A stretch of 64,000 bases of DNA, taken from the IMG/VR virus record IMGVR_UViG_3300023202_000034, positions 8,965 to 72,964 of that record; one strand, written 5' to 3'. Under the pieces are notes generated by a model, which saw only the letters and a list, made by a program, of their open reading frames with translations, searched no databases and was not told where the DNA came from. This document shows positions 1 to 8,304 of this stretch, piece after piece. Origin of the DNA: a virus. Position numbers and translations under genes: made by a program. The first letter of the stretch is position 1. Each line of letters begins with the position of its first letter.

Positions 1-221
1 AATGCCCTCATCATAGCCAACTCATGTTCCTCGATAACTAACTCAACTGTGTTGAAGTCTTCAATCTCTTCAGGGTACATATCACCCATGTATTCGTTGA
101 GTGAGTAGAACTTTCGGAAGTAGCCCAATTCAGTAGATTTATAAGGATCTTCTCCTGTGATTAGAGCTTCGGCTTTCTCTTCAGAGGTCTTTTTAGCAAG
201 CCAATACATATCAAGTCCCAT
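1..221 (-). CDS. Hypothetical phage protein (MGLDMY... type), truncated by window edge
   Basis: ATG at 221 preceded by AAGGAG; frame open to window start (MGLDMYWLAKK...ELGYFRKF). Confidence 0.7.
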   Translation of the reverse strand, partial: MGLDMYWLAKKTSEEKAEALITGEDPYKSTELGYFRKFYSLNEYMGDMYPEEIEDFNTVELVIEEHELAMMRA

Positions 222-381
222 TTGATATCTCCTTCAAAAGACTGTTGTGGTAGGTCATCAACAGGACGTACATCTCGTTGAGATTAGAGATAGGCACCTG
301 GTCGAGAATGAACTCAGCAGCTTCGTCGAGACTGTCCATCTCTGGGTAAATGGTTTGGGGTATGGGTTTGATTTCAGGCAT
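211..381 (-). CDS. Small hypothetical protein (56 aa)
   Basis: Read manually: MPEIKPIPQTIYPEMDSLDEAAEFILDQVPISNLNEMYVLLMTYHNSLLKEISNGT; overlaps both neighbours as in an operon. Confidence 0.6.
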   Translation of the reverse strand: MPEIKPIPQTIYPEMDSLDEAAEFILDQVPISNLNEMYVLLMTYHNSLLKEISNGT

Positions 382-757
382 TCATGGCCTCTTTATAGAT
401 TATTGCTCTTGCTTGTTGGATGGCTTTCATAGCATTACTGAATGCGTACTCATTCATGTTGCACAGGTAAACCAACACATTTGCATGCGAAAGCACGGGA
501 GCTGACAGTGCTTTATCCAGGGTGAAGGCATCCGGTATCTGGTGCTTCTCTTTCACCACTGCCAACAGGGATTTATCGTTACCGGAGCATTCAAAGACTT
601 CTCTGGAAGCCAATACACCGCGTTCTTGTAAGACACGTTGAATGGTTCTACGGGACAAAGAGTAAGCCATAGCAATGTCTGTCTGGCTTTCTTCTTTGTT
701 TATAAAACGATCAACAACGTCGGATTTCTCTTGTTCATTTAAGCAAGTAACAAGCAT
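374..757 (-). CDS. HTH DNA-binding protein
   Basis: SQTDIAMAYSLSRRTIQRVL is a helix-turn-helix; RBS GAGG upstream. Confidence 0.7.
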   Translation of the reverse strand: MLVTCLNEQEKSDVVDRFINKEESQTDIAMAYSLSRRTIQRVLQERGVLASREVFECSGNDKSLLAVVKEKHQIPDAFTLDKALSAPVLSHANVLVYLCNMNEYAFSNAMKAIQQARAIIYKEAMNA

Positions 758-773
758 GGTTATACCCTCGGGT

Positions 774-1262
774 TTATACAGTCAAAATCTCAGTTTTCTG
801 AGGATTTAGTATATCGGTAGGAATAAAGGAGACTTCTTGTTTGAACTTCTCAAAGTTCTCTTCGGTACGTCGAAAACATTCAACAGACTCTGAGTAATAC
901 CCGTTTGATGTTCCATACCACCGGATAGTTACACCACCTTTGGCAGTGTCAAACTTGTAGTAGGTCCAGGTATACGACTCATCTTCTTCTTCTGTTCTTG
1001 TGTGTGGAACAAGTAACGTGAATGCTTCATGGTAGTTGCTGACTTCTTCAGCATTAATTAACGGACTACCAATTAAGTCATCCAGGTCACCACAAATATC
1101 CTCGATTTCAACACACTCACAGCAATCTGGTTCGTGATGTAAAAGAAAGGCCTGACCGTCTGTTGTAATAAATACGATTTGGTCACTATCATTTGATACA
1201 TGAACTGACTTCAGGGTGAGTCCCTTCATAACATTCACATCCACTTGGTCTTTATAATCCAT
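774..1262 (-). CDS. Conserved hypothetical phage protein (DUF7448-like)
   Basis: HHEPDCCECVEIEDICGDLDDLIGSP and IRWYGTSNGYYSESV motifs; GGAG RBS. Confidence 0.7.
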   Translation of the reverse strand: MDYKDQVDVNVMKGLTLKSVHVSNDSDQIVFITTDGQAFLLHHEPDCCECVEIEDICGDLDDLIGSPLINAEEVSNYHEAFTLLVPHTRTEEEDESYTWTYYKFDTAKGGVTIRWYGTSNGYYSESVECFRRTEENFEKFKQEVSFIPTDILNPQKTEILTV

Positions 1263-1403
1263 AAAAGGGCTCCAATACTTGACTGACTCAAACCCAGGCG
1301 AAGCCTGGATCTGCTAAGAGTTCTCTAAAAGTGAAAAAGCTCAGCCACCTCTCGATTGAGAAGTGACTGAGCATCTGGGGTGGAATCAACTAAGGGGAGA
1401 AGT

Positions 1404-1441
1404 AAAAAAACGGTGACCAATCCCCTAAGGGACTGGCCACT
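1404..1441 (-). terminator. Rho-independent terminator after the RNAP2/Lar genes
   Basis: Minus strand GTGGCCAGTCCC-TTAG-GGGATTGGTCAC followed by a T7 run. Confidence 0.6.
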
Positions 1442-1474
1442 CAATCATTCGGCGTCCGGAGGACGCCTTAACTT

Positions 1475-1672
1475 TTACTCTTTCTTTGCTTCAGGTCGAT
1501 GCTCCCATAAGGTTATGGCCATTGAACGGCTATGACCAACTGGCCCCGTTGCACTGCACTTATTGCACATTACGTGATGCTCACAGGTATTGGGGTCTAC
1601 GTAAGACACTCTTAGATCGTCGCCGGTGCAGAACGGGCATGAGGTATTGGTAAACTTCGTAGTTTCAGGCAT
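1475..1672 (-). CDS. Lar-family (restriction alleviation) zinc-ribbon protein
   Basis: CPFC...CNKCSATGP...AITLWEHR pattern. Confidence 0.7.
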   Translation of the reverse strand: MPETTKFTNTSCPFCTGDDLRVSYVDPNTCEHHVMCNKCSATGPVGHSRSMAITLWEHRPEAKKE

Positions 1673-1678
1673 AAGTCC

Positions 1679-1863
1679 TCAAGAGAGTCCGTAGTTGGAT
1701 TGACGAATCAAGTCTCCTAGAACGTCAGATCTTCTTACATACTTCACAGGTTGACCATACAGCTGACTCAGGATATCCGAAAGGATTTCAGACTCAGCCA
1801 GTTCAGCCATGATTTCCTTATAGTGGAACCGGAGCTGGTTCATGTTGTTGGCGTGGCACTTAA
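1679..1863 (-). CDS. RNA polymerase II large subunit (N4 gp16-like), exon 2
   Basis: Reads (F)KCHANNMNQLRFHYKEIMAELAESEILSDILSQLYG...SNYGLS*, the expected C-terminus after motif C; too short for the ORF track. Confidence 0.9.
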
Positions 1864-2162
1864 CATCAGTTAATCAGGACGCTACTCCTGACCTTACTTC
1901 CCGTGGTAAGTCTCAAACTTTCGTCTGAGTGTCGGACTATATCTTCACCCTCGATTTCTCGGTGGGGTGCAAGGCGCTTCGGCCCTCGCTTGAGTGGCCT
2001 ATGGACATTATTTACCCAGTGGGTATCTCGTCCTAGTCTCTACACCTTCCAACGTGTTACCACACTGGCTTGGCACGGGATTGGCTTAGGTGTTACCCCT
2101 TAGCGTCCCCCGTTTTCACCTCGTTTCATCAGCCTATTACTAAGCTGCGGAGCCTAAGATTG
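1864..2162 (-). ncRNA. Group I self-splicing intron (299 nt, no ORF) in the RNAP II subunit
   Basis: Exon ends in U and intron ends in G; core elements GTAGAGACTAG and AAGATATAGTCC (P7); GCUC pairs exon GAGU (P1) and CUUAG pairs 3' exon UUAAG (P10); splicing restores IHDE-F-KCH. Confidence 0.92.
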
Positions 2163-3237
2163 ACTCATCATGGATACACACAACAGGGAATGGCTTATGG
2201 CGTAGGCAGTCATTGACGACCTTGGCCAGTGCCTTCAGGTGATCAGAATCCAGTGCTTCCAGATCTGCGAAGGTCGCATCATCCAGAATCCGGATATCTG
2301 CCATCTTGCTGGTTTCATAACGGCCTTTGAGAATAGGTACCAGTTCCTTGGTAGTTGCACAGAACTGCTTCTGTTGGCTCTCACCAGTGGCACGTTCCAG
2401 TAAGATGATCTCAATGGATTTAGTAGCCCATTCCATCAGGTGGCGATCGTAGTTGCATCGACGGATCAGACTCCGTAGGACATACGCATCTATGGAGTGG
2501 ATAACATTTGCCACGTTGCTTAAGCCAGTCTCTTTACCTACGTTCTCCTTGTATCTGTAAGTAAAGGTTGCGTGATCCAGTTCGTCCACTTCAATCCGCT
2601 TCTCTACCACATCCATGACTTTCACATGGGCATGGTAGTTGTCTGGCAGTACCCAGCTGTGAGACAGGGCATAGGGTTGCCAACTTTCCAGCAGATCTTG
2701 TAGTAGCTCACAAGCTCCCGGAGCCATTTTCCACATGGCTTTGTAGAAGGCATTTAGCTCAGGAGTGTCCTCACCAAAGATCAGCTTTGGTTGTTCTTTG
2801 GAGCCATATAAAACCGTCATCGTCGCTTTCTTTACGTGATCACGCTCACTGGCAGGCAGGTGAGGTACCCACTTGCGCATGATGTTGGTGCACAGCGTGT
2901 AGGCATCAGCACGCTGGTTTGGGTTAACCAAGCCAGTAGCCTCTGCACCACTATGACAGCCTGTGGTAGCTGACATGATCTGCATCCCACTACACACCGC
3001 ATCAAAGCCAACCATGTGGCCAGTAGGTTCCCCTCTCTGAGCCTTACGGATGGCCTGCACCGCCTTGAAGTACAGCGGACGTTCCTTCCACTTACCAGTA
3101 CGGGCATGGCCCAACTGTTCCAATTGCTCAAGATTCTGTTCAGCCCACTCAATACGTGGTTCAAAGTTCTCTTTATCTAGTCCCCACTGGTTTGCTGCGT
3201 CAATCAACAAGTACTCATACCCTGTAAATTCTTGCAT
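2163..3237 (-). CDS. RNA polymerase II large subunit (N4 gp16-like), exon 1; spliced product 419 aa
   Basis: T7-type motifs A (FDAVCSGMQ), B (RDHVKKATMTVLYGS) and C (IHDE). Confidence 0.92.
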
Positions 3238-3255
3238 GTCCTTGCTCCATGATGA

Positions 3256-3486
3256 TTATTGCGTGATTAAATCGAGTAGTAACAAGCGTTTAAGCTCGTC
3301 GTTGTAGGCTTGAATGGTGGCTTCTTTGGATACTCGCAGCTTCCAGTCGTCAGGTAACTGCTGCCCCTCCAGATTGGCTACCCAGACAGACAGTACAGCC
3401 ACTGTTTTCGGATATTGCTTGAGGAATTGCGTTCGGTCTTGGTAGACCAGATTGAATACCTCCTGTTCTTCAGGTGATCTATCCAT
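3256..3486 (-). CDS. Hypothetical protein between the RNAP II subunit genes
   Basis: 76-aa ORF with GGAG RBS, packed into the operon. Confidence 0.6.
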   Translation of the reverse strand: MDRSPEEQEVFNLVYQDRTQFLKQYPKTVAVLSVWVANLEGQQLPDDWKLRVSKEATIQAYNDELKRLLLLDLITQ

Positions 3487-3688
3487 TGCTGATCAGCTCC
3501 AACGTTTTGACGTATTTGATTCGATCTTCAAGCCAAAGGACTTGCCCTCGAATTTCTTGAACATCCCGATGATTGAAGAAACTGGTATCCATATCGTTGA
3601 TGCAGCGTAACCTGCGTGCTTCTAACCACGCAGAATCTCGCTGTAACCAAAAAGAAGGTATGTGTACTTCAGTTGGTTGGGACTCCAT
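3479..3688 (-). CDS. Hypothetical protein (69 aa, MESQPTEV...)
   Basis: Internal ATG of ORF 3479..3829 with AGGAG RBS. Confidence 0.55.
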   Translation of the reverse strand: MESQPTEVHIPSFWLQRDSAWLEARRLRCINDMDTSFFNHRDVQEIRGQVLWLEDRIKYVKTLELISNG

Positions 3689-4580
3689 CGACAATCTCCT
3701 GTTCAGCGAACTCCAGCATCGCTTTCTTGAACGCTGTGCCTTGCGTAGAGATGTGGTATCCCTGCGCGTACATCCGGCCTCGCTTGTCGTACTTGTGGGT
3801 GAGGTAAATCTCCCCTGTTTGCTTGGCAATCATCAGGTAAAACCGATAACTGGCAAGCTTGAAGTTCGTCCATTGTTTCTGTTTCTCAACAGTATCAATG
3901 TCAAACGTGGGTTCTTCTTCGATGGTACTGAGGAAGTTGGTATCAATGCGCAACGGTGTCTGGTTCTGCTTGTTCAGAACATCAAGGCACACGTCTTCGT
4001 TGTGGTGGTTTCGAGGGCCCAAGATCACACTGTCGTCGTGCGTCAGGTAGGCAGATTGCTTGTTCTTGGTCAGGTCTTTAGGACAGCACACCATGGGTGG
4101 CAGATACTGGGATTGCTGGATATACCCAATGAGCTTGCTGCTCAAAGGTATACGGCTCTCGATCATCAAACTGGCATCCACAGATGCTTTGGTGATATCA
4201 AAAACATCGGTCATGCACAGGACTGCCATGATCTCAGCAATGGTCTTGATACCATCTTCCCGGTCACTGAATTGCAGCCGGCCAGCCAGCTGTGCTGTCA
4301 CACTGGTGAACAACTCAGGGTACTGACAGTAAGCAGAAGCAATGAAACACTGCATGACCAGATCTTCCAGATCCAGTTTCTGCAACTGAGCAAGTCTCTT
4401 CTCCTTGGATTCGTAATACGATTGCACCATCCAATGTTCAAGCCTGGCAACACCTTCAGCCAGCTTGTCCATCATCTCGGGATTCTCTTCAATCTCCTTG
4501 CGAATGTACTTGTCAATGAACTTACGGCTGAACGTGTATTCATTGACTAACTGAATATCAACAGGACTCATCATTCCCAT
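3669..4580 (-). CDS. RNA polymerase II small subunit (N4 gp15-like)
   Basis: YLPPMV and THKYDKRGRMYAQGYHISTQG (DxRGR motif); start taken at the GGAG-preceded ATG 4580. Confidence 0.9.
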   Translation of the reverse strand: MGMMSPVDIQLVNEYTFSRKFIDKYIRKEIEENPEMMDKLAEGVARLEHWMVQSYYESKEKRLAQLQKLDLEDLVMQCFIASAYCQYPELFTSVTAQLAGRLQFSDREDGIKTIAEIMAVLCMTDVFDITKASVDASLMIESRIPLSSKLIGYIQQSQYLPPMVCCPKDLTKNKQSAYLTHDDSVILGPRNHHNEDVCLDVLNKQNQTPLRIDTNFLSTIEEEPTFDIDTVEKQKQWTNFKLASYRFYLMIAKQTGEIYLTHKYDKRGRMYAQGYHISTQGTAFKKAMLEFAEQEIVDGVPTN

Positions 4581-4643
4581 GGTTTCTCTCCGAATCAAAA
4601 AAGGGACAGAAGCGCCAGGATGGCGCCTCCGTACTGGAATGGC

Positions 4644-4934
4644 CTATTGCTGCACTTGGCTTGCAGCCCATGCAGCCGCACGTTCAAGCGTATGGCCATG
4701 ACAGCGTTTAGGTGCACAGAAGCACACCAGATCCTTACCATGCAGGGCTGCAAGGTCTTGGACACTGACGCTGCCACTATCAATCTGACTGACTAACATA
4801 GCCTCGTATTTCTCACAGACCTCGTCACGATCACCGTCCCGCCCAATCACAAAGGGGTTGCCCCAGCGGGAACCACGACCGATATAAATTGCGCCTTGCG
4901 GAATACCAGAGACGCGTTTATTTAAGACAGACAT
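4644..4934 (-). CDS. DUF4326-family protein
   Basis: YIGRGSRWGNPF...LHGKDLVCFCAPKRCHGHTL signature. Confidence 0.85.
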   Translation of the reverse strand: MSVLNKRVSGIPQGAIYIGRGSRWGNPFVIGRDGDRDEVCEKYEAMLVSQIDSGSVSVQDLAALHGKDLVCFCAPKRCHGHTLERAAAWAASQVQQ

Positions 4935-4957
4935 AGGAAATCTCCACAGTTAATTGA

Positions 4958-4982
4958 TCCCACAGCAGCGGCCCATGGCCGC
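4958..4982 (-). promoter_or_regulatory. Putative virion-RNAP hairpin promoter 5
   Basis: + (template) strand TCCC-ACAGCA-GCGGCC-CAT-GGCCGC just upstream of gene 4934. Confidence 0.7.
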
Positions 4983-5034
4983 ATGGCAGGGAGCAACAGG
5001 CACTGCCTGGGCAAGAGACGTATTCGGAAGGGAG

Positions 5035-5062
5035 AAAAACAACAGGCACCCCGAAGGGTGCC
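5035..5062 (-). terminator. Early terminator (UUCG loop)
   Basis: GGCACCC-TTCG-GGGTGCC followed by TGTTGTTTTT. Confidence 0.7.
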
Positions 5063-5073
5063 CGATGGGAAGA

Positions 5074-5406
5074 TTACTTCTTGGCGAGGAACGCCGGCTT
5101 GCGCTCAACTTTCTTGGTCACATCCACATAGGTGGACGCTTCAGCCAGCGCTTGAAACAACGTCTTCAGGTTCTCAGGCTTCTCATCCAAGAACGCAATA
5201 ACGTCCTTGTGATCTTCGTTGTCCAGCTTCAGCCACGCGGTGGAGAGCTTGACGTTGAAGGTAGAACCATCTTCCTTCTGCATCTCCAAGTTGAAGTTGA
5301 TCGCACGATCAGACTTCTCGAAATTGCCACGACCATTGCCAGAAGACTTGCCATTGAAAGAAGCAACGTTGGTGTTTTCTTGCTGGGATTGCATCATAAC
5401 TGCCAT
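5074..5406 (-). CDS. Early protein, N4 gp1-like
   Basis: 110 aa; AINFNL..DGS..KL..DVIAFLDEKPENL resembles N4 gp1 from memory; early position. Confidence 0.55.
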   Translation of the reverse strand: MAVMMQSQQENTNVASFNGKSSGNGRGNFEKSDRAINFNLEMQKEDGSTFNVKLSTAWLKLDNEDHKDVIAFLDEKPENLKTLFQALAEASTYVDVTKKVERKPAFLAKK

Positions 5407-5447
5407 GTTTAATACCTCGATATTGGTTTGAATTTGGACATAGGTAG

Positions 5448-5471
5448 TCCATACCAGCGGCCCTTGGCCGC
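5448..5471 (-). promoter_or_regulatory. Putative virion-RNAP hairpin promoter 4
   Basis: TCC-ATACCA-GCGGCC-CTT-GGCCGC upstream of gene 5406. Confidence 0.72.
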
Positions 5472-5504
5472 CAGTCAGTTCAGGTTTACACAGGGAAAGG
5501 TGTG

Positions 5505-5636
5505 CTAGTTACTGCCTACCGCAAGAACGGAGTCACCACAGCACGGGCAATCACCCTCAGAGAGAACAAATATAGCATCGGTGTAATCCTCACGCCAAGA
5601 GCAGCCACAGGTTTGACAGGTGAATACATAAGTCAT
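5505..5636 (-). CDS. Small zinc-ribbon protein (43 aa)
   Basis: MTYVFTCQTCGCSWREDYTDAIFVLSEGDCPCCGDSVLAVGSN; GGAG RBS; directly downstream of a hairpin promoter. Confidence 0.65.
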   Translation of the reverse strand: MTYVFTCQTCGCSWREDYTDAIFVLSEGDCPCCGDSVLAVGSN

Positions 5637-5663
5637 GGATATATCTCCGAGTATCGGGAACAG

Positions 5664-5688
5664 TCCCATGACAACGGCCTCTGGCCGC
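5664..5688 (-). promoter_or_regulatory. Putative virion-RNAP hairpin promoter 3
   Basis: TCCC-ATGACA-ACGGCC-TCT-GGCCGC. Confidence 0.68.
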
Positions 5689-5844
5689 TATGCACCAAAG
5701 CCGTGCATTATATGTAGACACCTACATGTTTCTTTTCATAAACGTAAAGCATTGTAAAACGTGCTAACTCATTGAAATGGCAATACCTCGAAAGAATGAA
5801 TGAATGGGATTTGTGAGATATGTCTCACAAAGAGTGTCTGACAT

Positions 5845-5871
5845 AAAAAGACAGACCACCCGAAGGTGGTC
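5845..5871 (-). terminator. Early terminator (UUCG loop)
   Basis: GACCACC-TTCG-GGTGGTC followed by TGTCTTTTT. Confidence 0.7.
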
Positions 5872-6064
5872 AAAGTTTGGTCACACGAGACTTGGCATCC
5901 AGTACAGACTGGTTCAGCTGCCTCTGGAGCTTAAGCTCTTTCTGGTATTCACGACGTTCGATGTATGCACACACACAGAACACCACCAGACAGCCTACAC
6001 CAAGGACTACTAAATCAGCGGGAGTGAGCCACCCCAAAGACAGGAGTGGCTTTGCTTCCCACAT
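5870..6064 (-). CDS. Small early membrane protein
   Basis: One hydrophobic segment (LVVLGVGCLVVFCVCAYI); start overlaps the upstream stop. Confidence 0.55.
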   Translation of the reverse strand: MWEAKPLLSLGWLTPADLVVLGVGCLVVFCVCAYIERREYQKELKLQRQLNQSVLDAKSRVTKL

Positions 6065-6249
6065 CAGCAGGTACCAAAGCGAGTAGGACGAACGTAGTCA
6101 TAGGAGACTGCGTAATTGAGGTCGTCTGTCTCATGGGTCTCGTTGAAGTCTTCCAGTTCAACTCTCTCAAGATTGTTGATATGGAGGACTGCACCAGAAT
6201 CATCAAGAATGGTGATGTGATAACGGAGTTCAGAAGTAGGATTTGCCAT
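6064..6249 (-). CDS. Early hypothetical protein (61 aa, MANPTSEL...)
   Basis: GGAG RBS before ATG 6249. Confidence 0.6.
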   Translation of the reverse strand: MANPTSELRYHITILDDSGAVLHINNLERVELEDFNETHETDDLNYAVSYDYVRPTRFGTC

Positions 6250-6295
6250 GGGATAGTTCTCCACTAGGTATTGGTTGAATGAGAGAAGGTTTCTC

Positions 6296-6319
6296 TCCAT
6301 CCCAGTGGCCTTTGGCCAC
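6296..6319 (-). promoter_or_regulatory. Putative virion-RNAP hairpin promoter 2
   Basis: TCC-ATCCCA-GTGGCC-TTT-GGCCAC. Confidence 0.7.
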
Positions 6320-6553
6320 AAGAGTATCGGTAATGTATGGCCATGCTTCGCATGACCTACTCAGCCTATCGGCTTCGTATCGGTACGAGGATTGAGAGAG
6401 TTAAGGTATCGGAATTGGAAATGGGAGATGAGATCAACAGACCAAGCAGTGTATTCACTCAGATTTCCCTCACTCTTATTCTCATAAGGATCTGACTCAT
6501 CCCCTCTTGTGCAGGGTGATAGGTACTAACTCCCCTTGTGTCATGTCTGTAGT

Positions 6554-6580
6554 AAAAAACTAGACTCCCCGAAGGGAGTC
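6554..6580 (-). terminator. Early terminator (UUCG loop)
   Basis: GACTCCC-TTCG-GGGAGTC followed by TAGTTTTTT. Confidence 0.72.
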
Positions 6581-6585
6581 AGAGG

Positions 6586-6777
6586 TTAGCTGTTAGTCAT
6601 CTCAGCTAGGCGCTTGGCACGCTCGTCTTCGAGGTCTGTGATGTAGGCATCAGTGGACTTCTTGACGAACTTACCGGTGGACTCGAATGCCTCAGCATAC
6701 TCAGCTGTACCATTGGCAACAGCTGTTACTGAACGGAAGAGTGCAAGTACGAAGGTCTTGGTAGCAGTGCGGATCAT
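6586..6777 (-). CDS. First early gene, hypothetical (63 aa)
   Basis: AGGAG RBS; flanked by a hairpin promoter and a terminator. Confidence 0.7.
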   Translation of the reverse strand: MIRTATKTFVLALFRSVTAVANGTAEYAEAFESTGKFVKKSTDAYITDLEDERAKRLAEMTNS

Positions 6778-6801
6778 GGTGATCTCCTATGATTAATTGA
6801 T

Positions 6802-6825
6802 TCCACAACAGTGGCCTCTGGCCAT
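6802..6825 (-). promoter_or_regulatory. Putative virion-RNAP hairpin promoter 1
   Basis: TCC-ACAACA-GTGGCC-TCT-GGCCAT. Confidence 0.7.
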
Positions 6826-7043
6826 AGAGAGTGGGGTAGGGTCACAGGAAACTCAGATGTACTAGATAGGGGGGGGTAGTTTGGATTTGTGTCCGCCAGG
6901 CGTCAGTAATACGGTCGTACCCATTTTATGTTTTTTCATCATAAGTCTGATCATTTTTTAACCAGTTCAATTTGAAATAAATATGCAATTCTCCCTGGTC
7001 TTTTATTTAATCAATCTCGTTACTTACTTATTACGAGGTTGTT

Positions 7044-7499
7044 ATGGATGGGTTGTTGAAATTAGCGCGGTTTGATCGACTGGATGAAGGAGTATTTGGG
7101 AAGTTAATCTTTCCTGATGGTTGGTGGTGTTATACCGTTGAACGCCCTTGGTTGGATAATAAACCAATGGTCTCTTGTATTCCTGATGGTGTTTACTTTC
7201 TTGGTTTGAGATATTCTCCTACAGTGCAGCGGATTACCCGTGGCCGTTATAGCGAAGGATGGGAGATTCAAGATGTACCTGGTCGATCTTTTATTATGGT
7301 TCACCCCGCTAATTGGCCTACTGATCTTAATGGTTGCGTTGGTGTTGGTAAGGATTACACTGAGCTGCAAGGCAGGGATGGTAAGCTTCATAAGGCTGTT
7401 ACAGAGAGTCAGTCAACGTTTGATGAAGTAATGCGCCGATTGGAAGAGCGTAGCTCCTGGGAATTGGATATTTATACGGAAGTGGTTGAGTATCCGTAA
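7044..7499 (+). CDS. DUF5675-family protein (candidate cell-wall hydrolase)
   Basis: YTVERPWLDNKPMVSCIPDGVY...DVPGRSFIMVHPANWPTDLNGCVGVG. Confidence 0.75.
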   Translation: MDGLLKLARFDRLDEGVFGKLIFPDGWWCYTVERPWLDNKPMVSCIPDGVYFLGLRYSPTVQRITRGRYSEGWEIQDVPGRSFIMVHPANWPTDLNGCVGVGKDYTELQGRDGKLHKAVTESQSTFDEVMRRLEERSSWELDIYTEVVEYP

Positions 7500-7521
7500 G
7501 TGTGTTTATTGGTTTCTGTAT

Positions 7522-7547
7522 GAGCCCCTTATTTAGGGGCTTTTTTA
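7522..7547 (+). terminator. Rho-independent terminator
   Basis: AGCCCCT-TATTT-AGGGGCT followed by a T run. Confidence 0.7.
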
Positions 7548-7611
7548 TTTATGCAAACCAGATAAGAAATCAATATAGTCGGTGCATATTGTTTCTATTT
7601 GGAGCTGCATT

Positions 7612-8304
7612 GTGGATGCCTTAACCATTGATCAGTTTAAGCAGGCCCTTCCTGCAAATCTGAAGAAGTCGGTTAACCAAGAGTTGATCGATCAGATTAA
7701 TACCAAGCTGAATAACCCTGATATGTATGAGACCTACCGGGATAATCTCCTGGGGTATGTGCATGTGATGAAGGAGGGGAAGTTCAAGGTCTCCAGTTAT
7801 ATTGATGCGGTGAAGTACGTCAGTTTTAAGCTGATGGGTAAAACCAACATCGATGCATTCTCAGTTACTTTCCCCGACAAGATTGCCAAGTGGCAAGCCA
7901 ACGGTGTGGCCAGTAAGGATATTGCCTCCTATGTCACGGCGTACAACAAGTCGAAGCTGGTCAATCTGATCTATGAGCAGACCCTGACCCCTTTCTGGGT
8001 GTTGAACCAGGATATCTACCAACGGGCTATCAATACACAGTGTGAGCTGATGGAGCATGCACAGAGTGAATTGGTACGTACCCAGGCTGCGAATTCTCTG
8101 CTTACCCAGTTGAAGCCGCCCGAAACCCGGAAGGTTGAACTGGATATTGGTATGAAGGCCGATAGCTCCATTGATGCCCTACGTGCCGCTACCCAGGCCC
8201 TGGCTGAGCAACAACGGGAGATGATTCAGAACGGTGGCATGAATGCTCAGGAAGTGGCCCACAGCGGGATCTTGATTGAAGAAGGTGAGGTTGTAAATGA
8301 GTGA
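7612..8304 (+). CDS. N4 gp69-like protein (probable terminase small subunit)
   Basis: Directly upstream of TerL; YIDAVKYVSFKLMG...AYNKSKLVNLIYEQ; GTG start with GGAG RBS. Confidence 0.8.
   Translation: MDALTIDQFKQALPANLKKSVNQELIDQINTKLNNPDMYETYRDNLLGYVHVMKEGKFKVSSYIDAVKYVSFKLMGKTNIDAFSVTFPDKIAKWQANGVASKDIASYVTAYNKSKLVNLIYEQTLTPFWVLNQDIYQRAINTQCELMEHAQSELVRTQAANSLLTQLKPPETRKVELDIGMKADSSIDALRAATQALAEQQREMIQNGGMNAQEVAHSGILIEEGEVVNE

Noticed and set aside
2140-2162. Apparent premature stop or pseudogene in the RNAP II subunit
   Set aside because: Explained by a group I intron; exon 2 is intact at 1679-1863.
3573-4550. Long antisense ORFs (also 15772-16839, 36502-37236, 40053-41072, 60297-61058)
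   Set aside because: Shadow frames opposite well-supported genes, with no motifs.
4958-6825. CRISPR-like or REP repeat array
   Set aside because: Spacing is irregular (about 200-630 nt), the intervals contain genes, and no cas genes are present; a promoter reading fits better.
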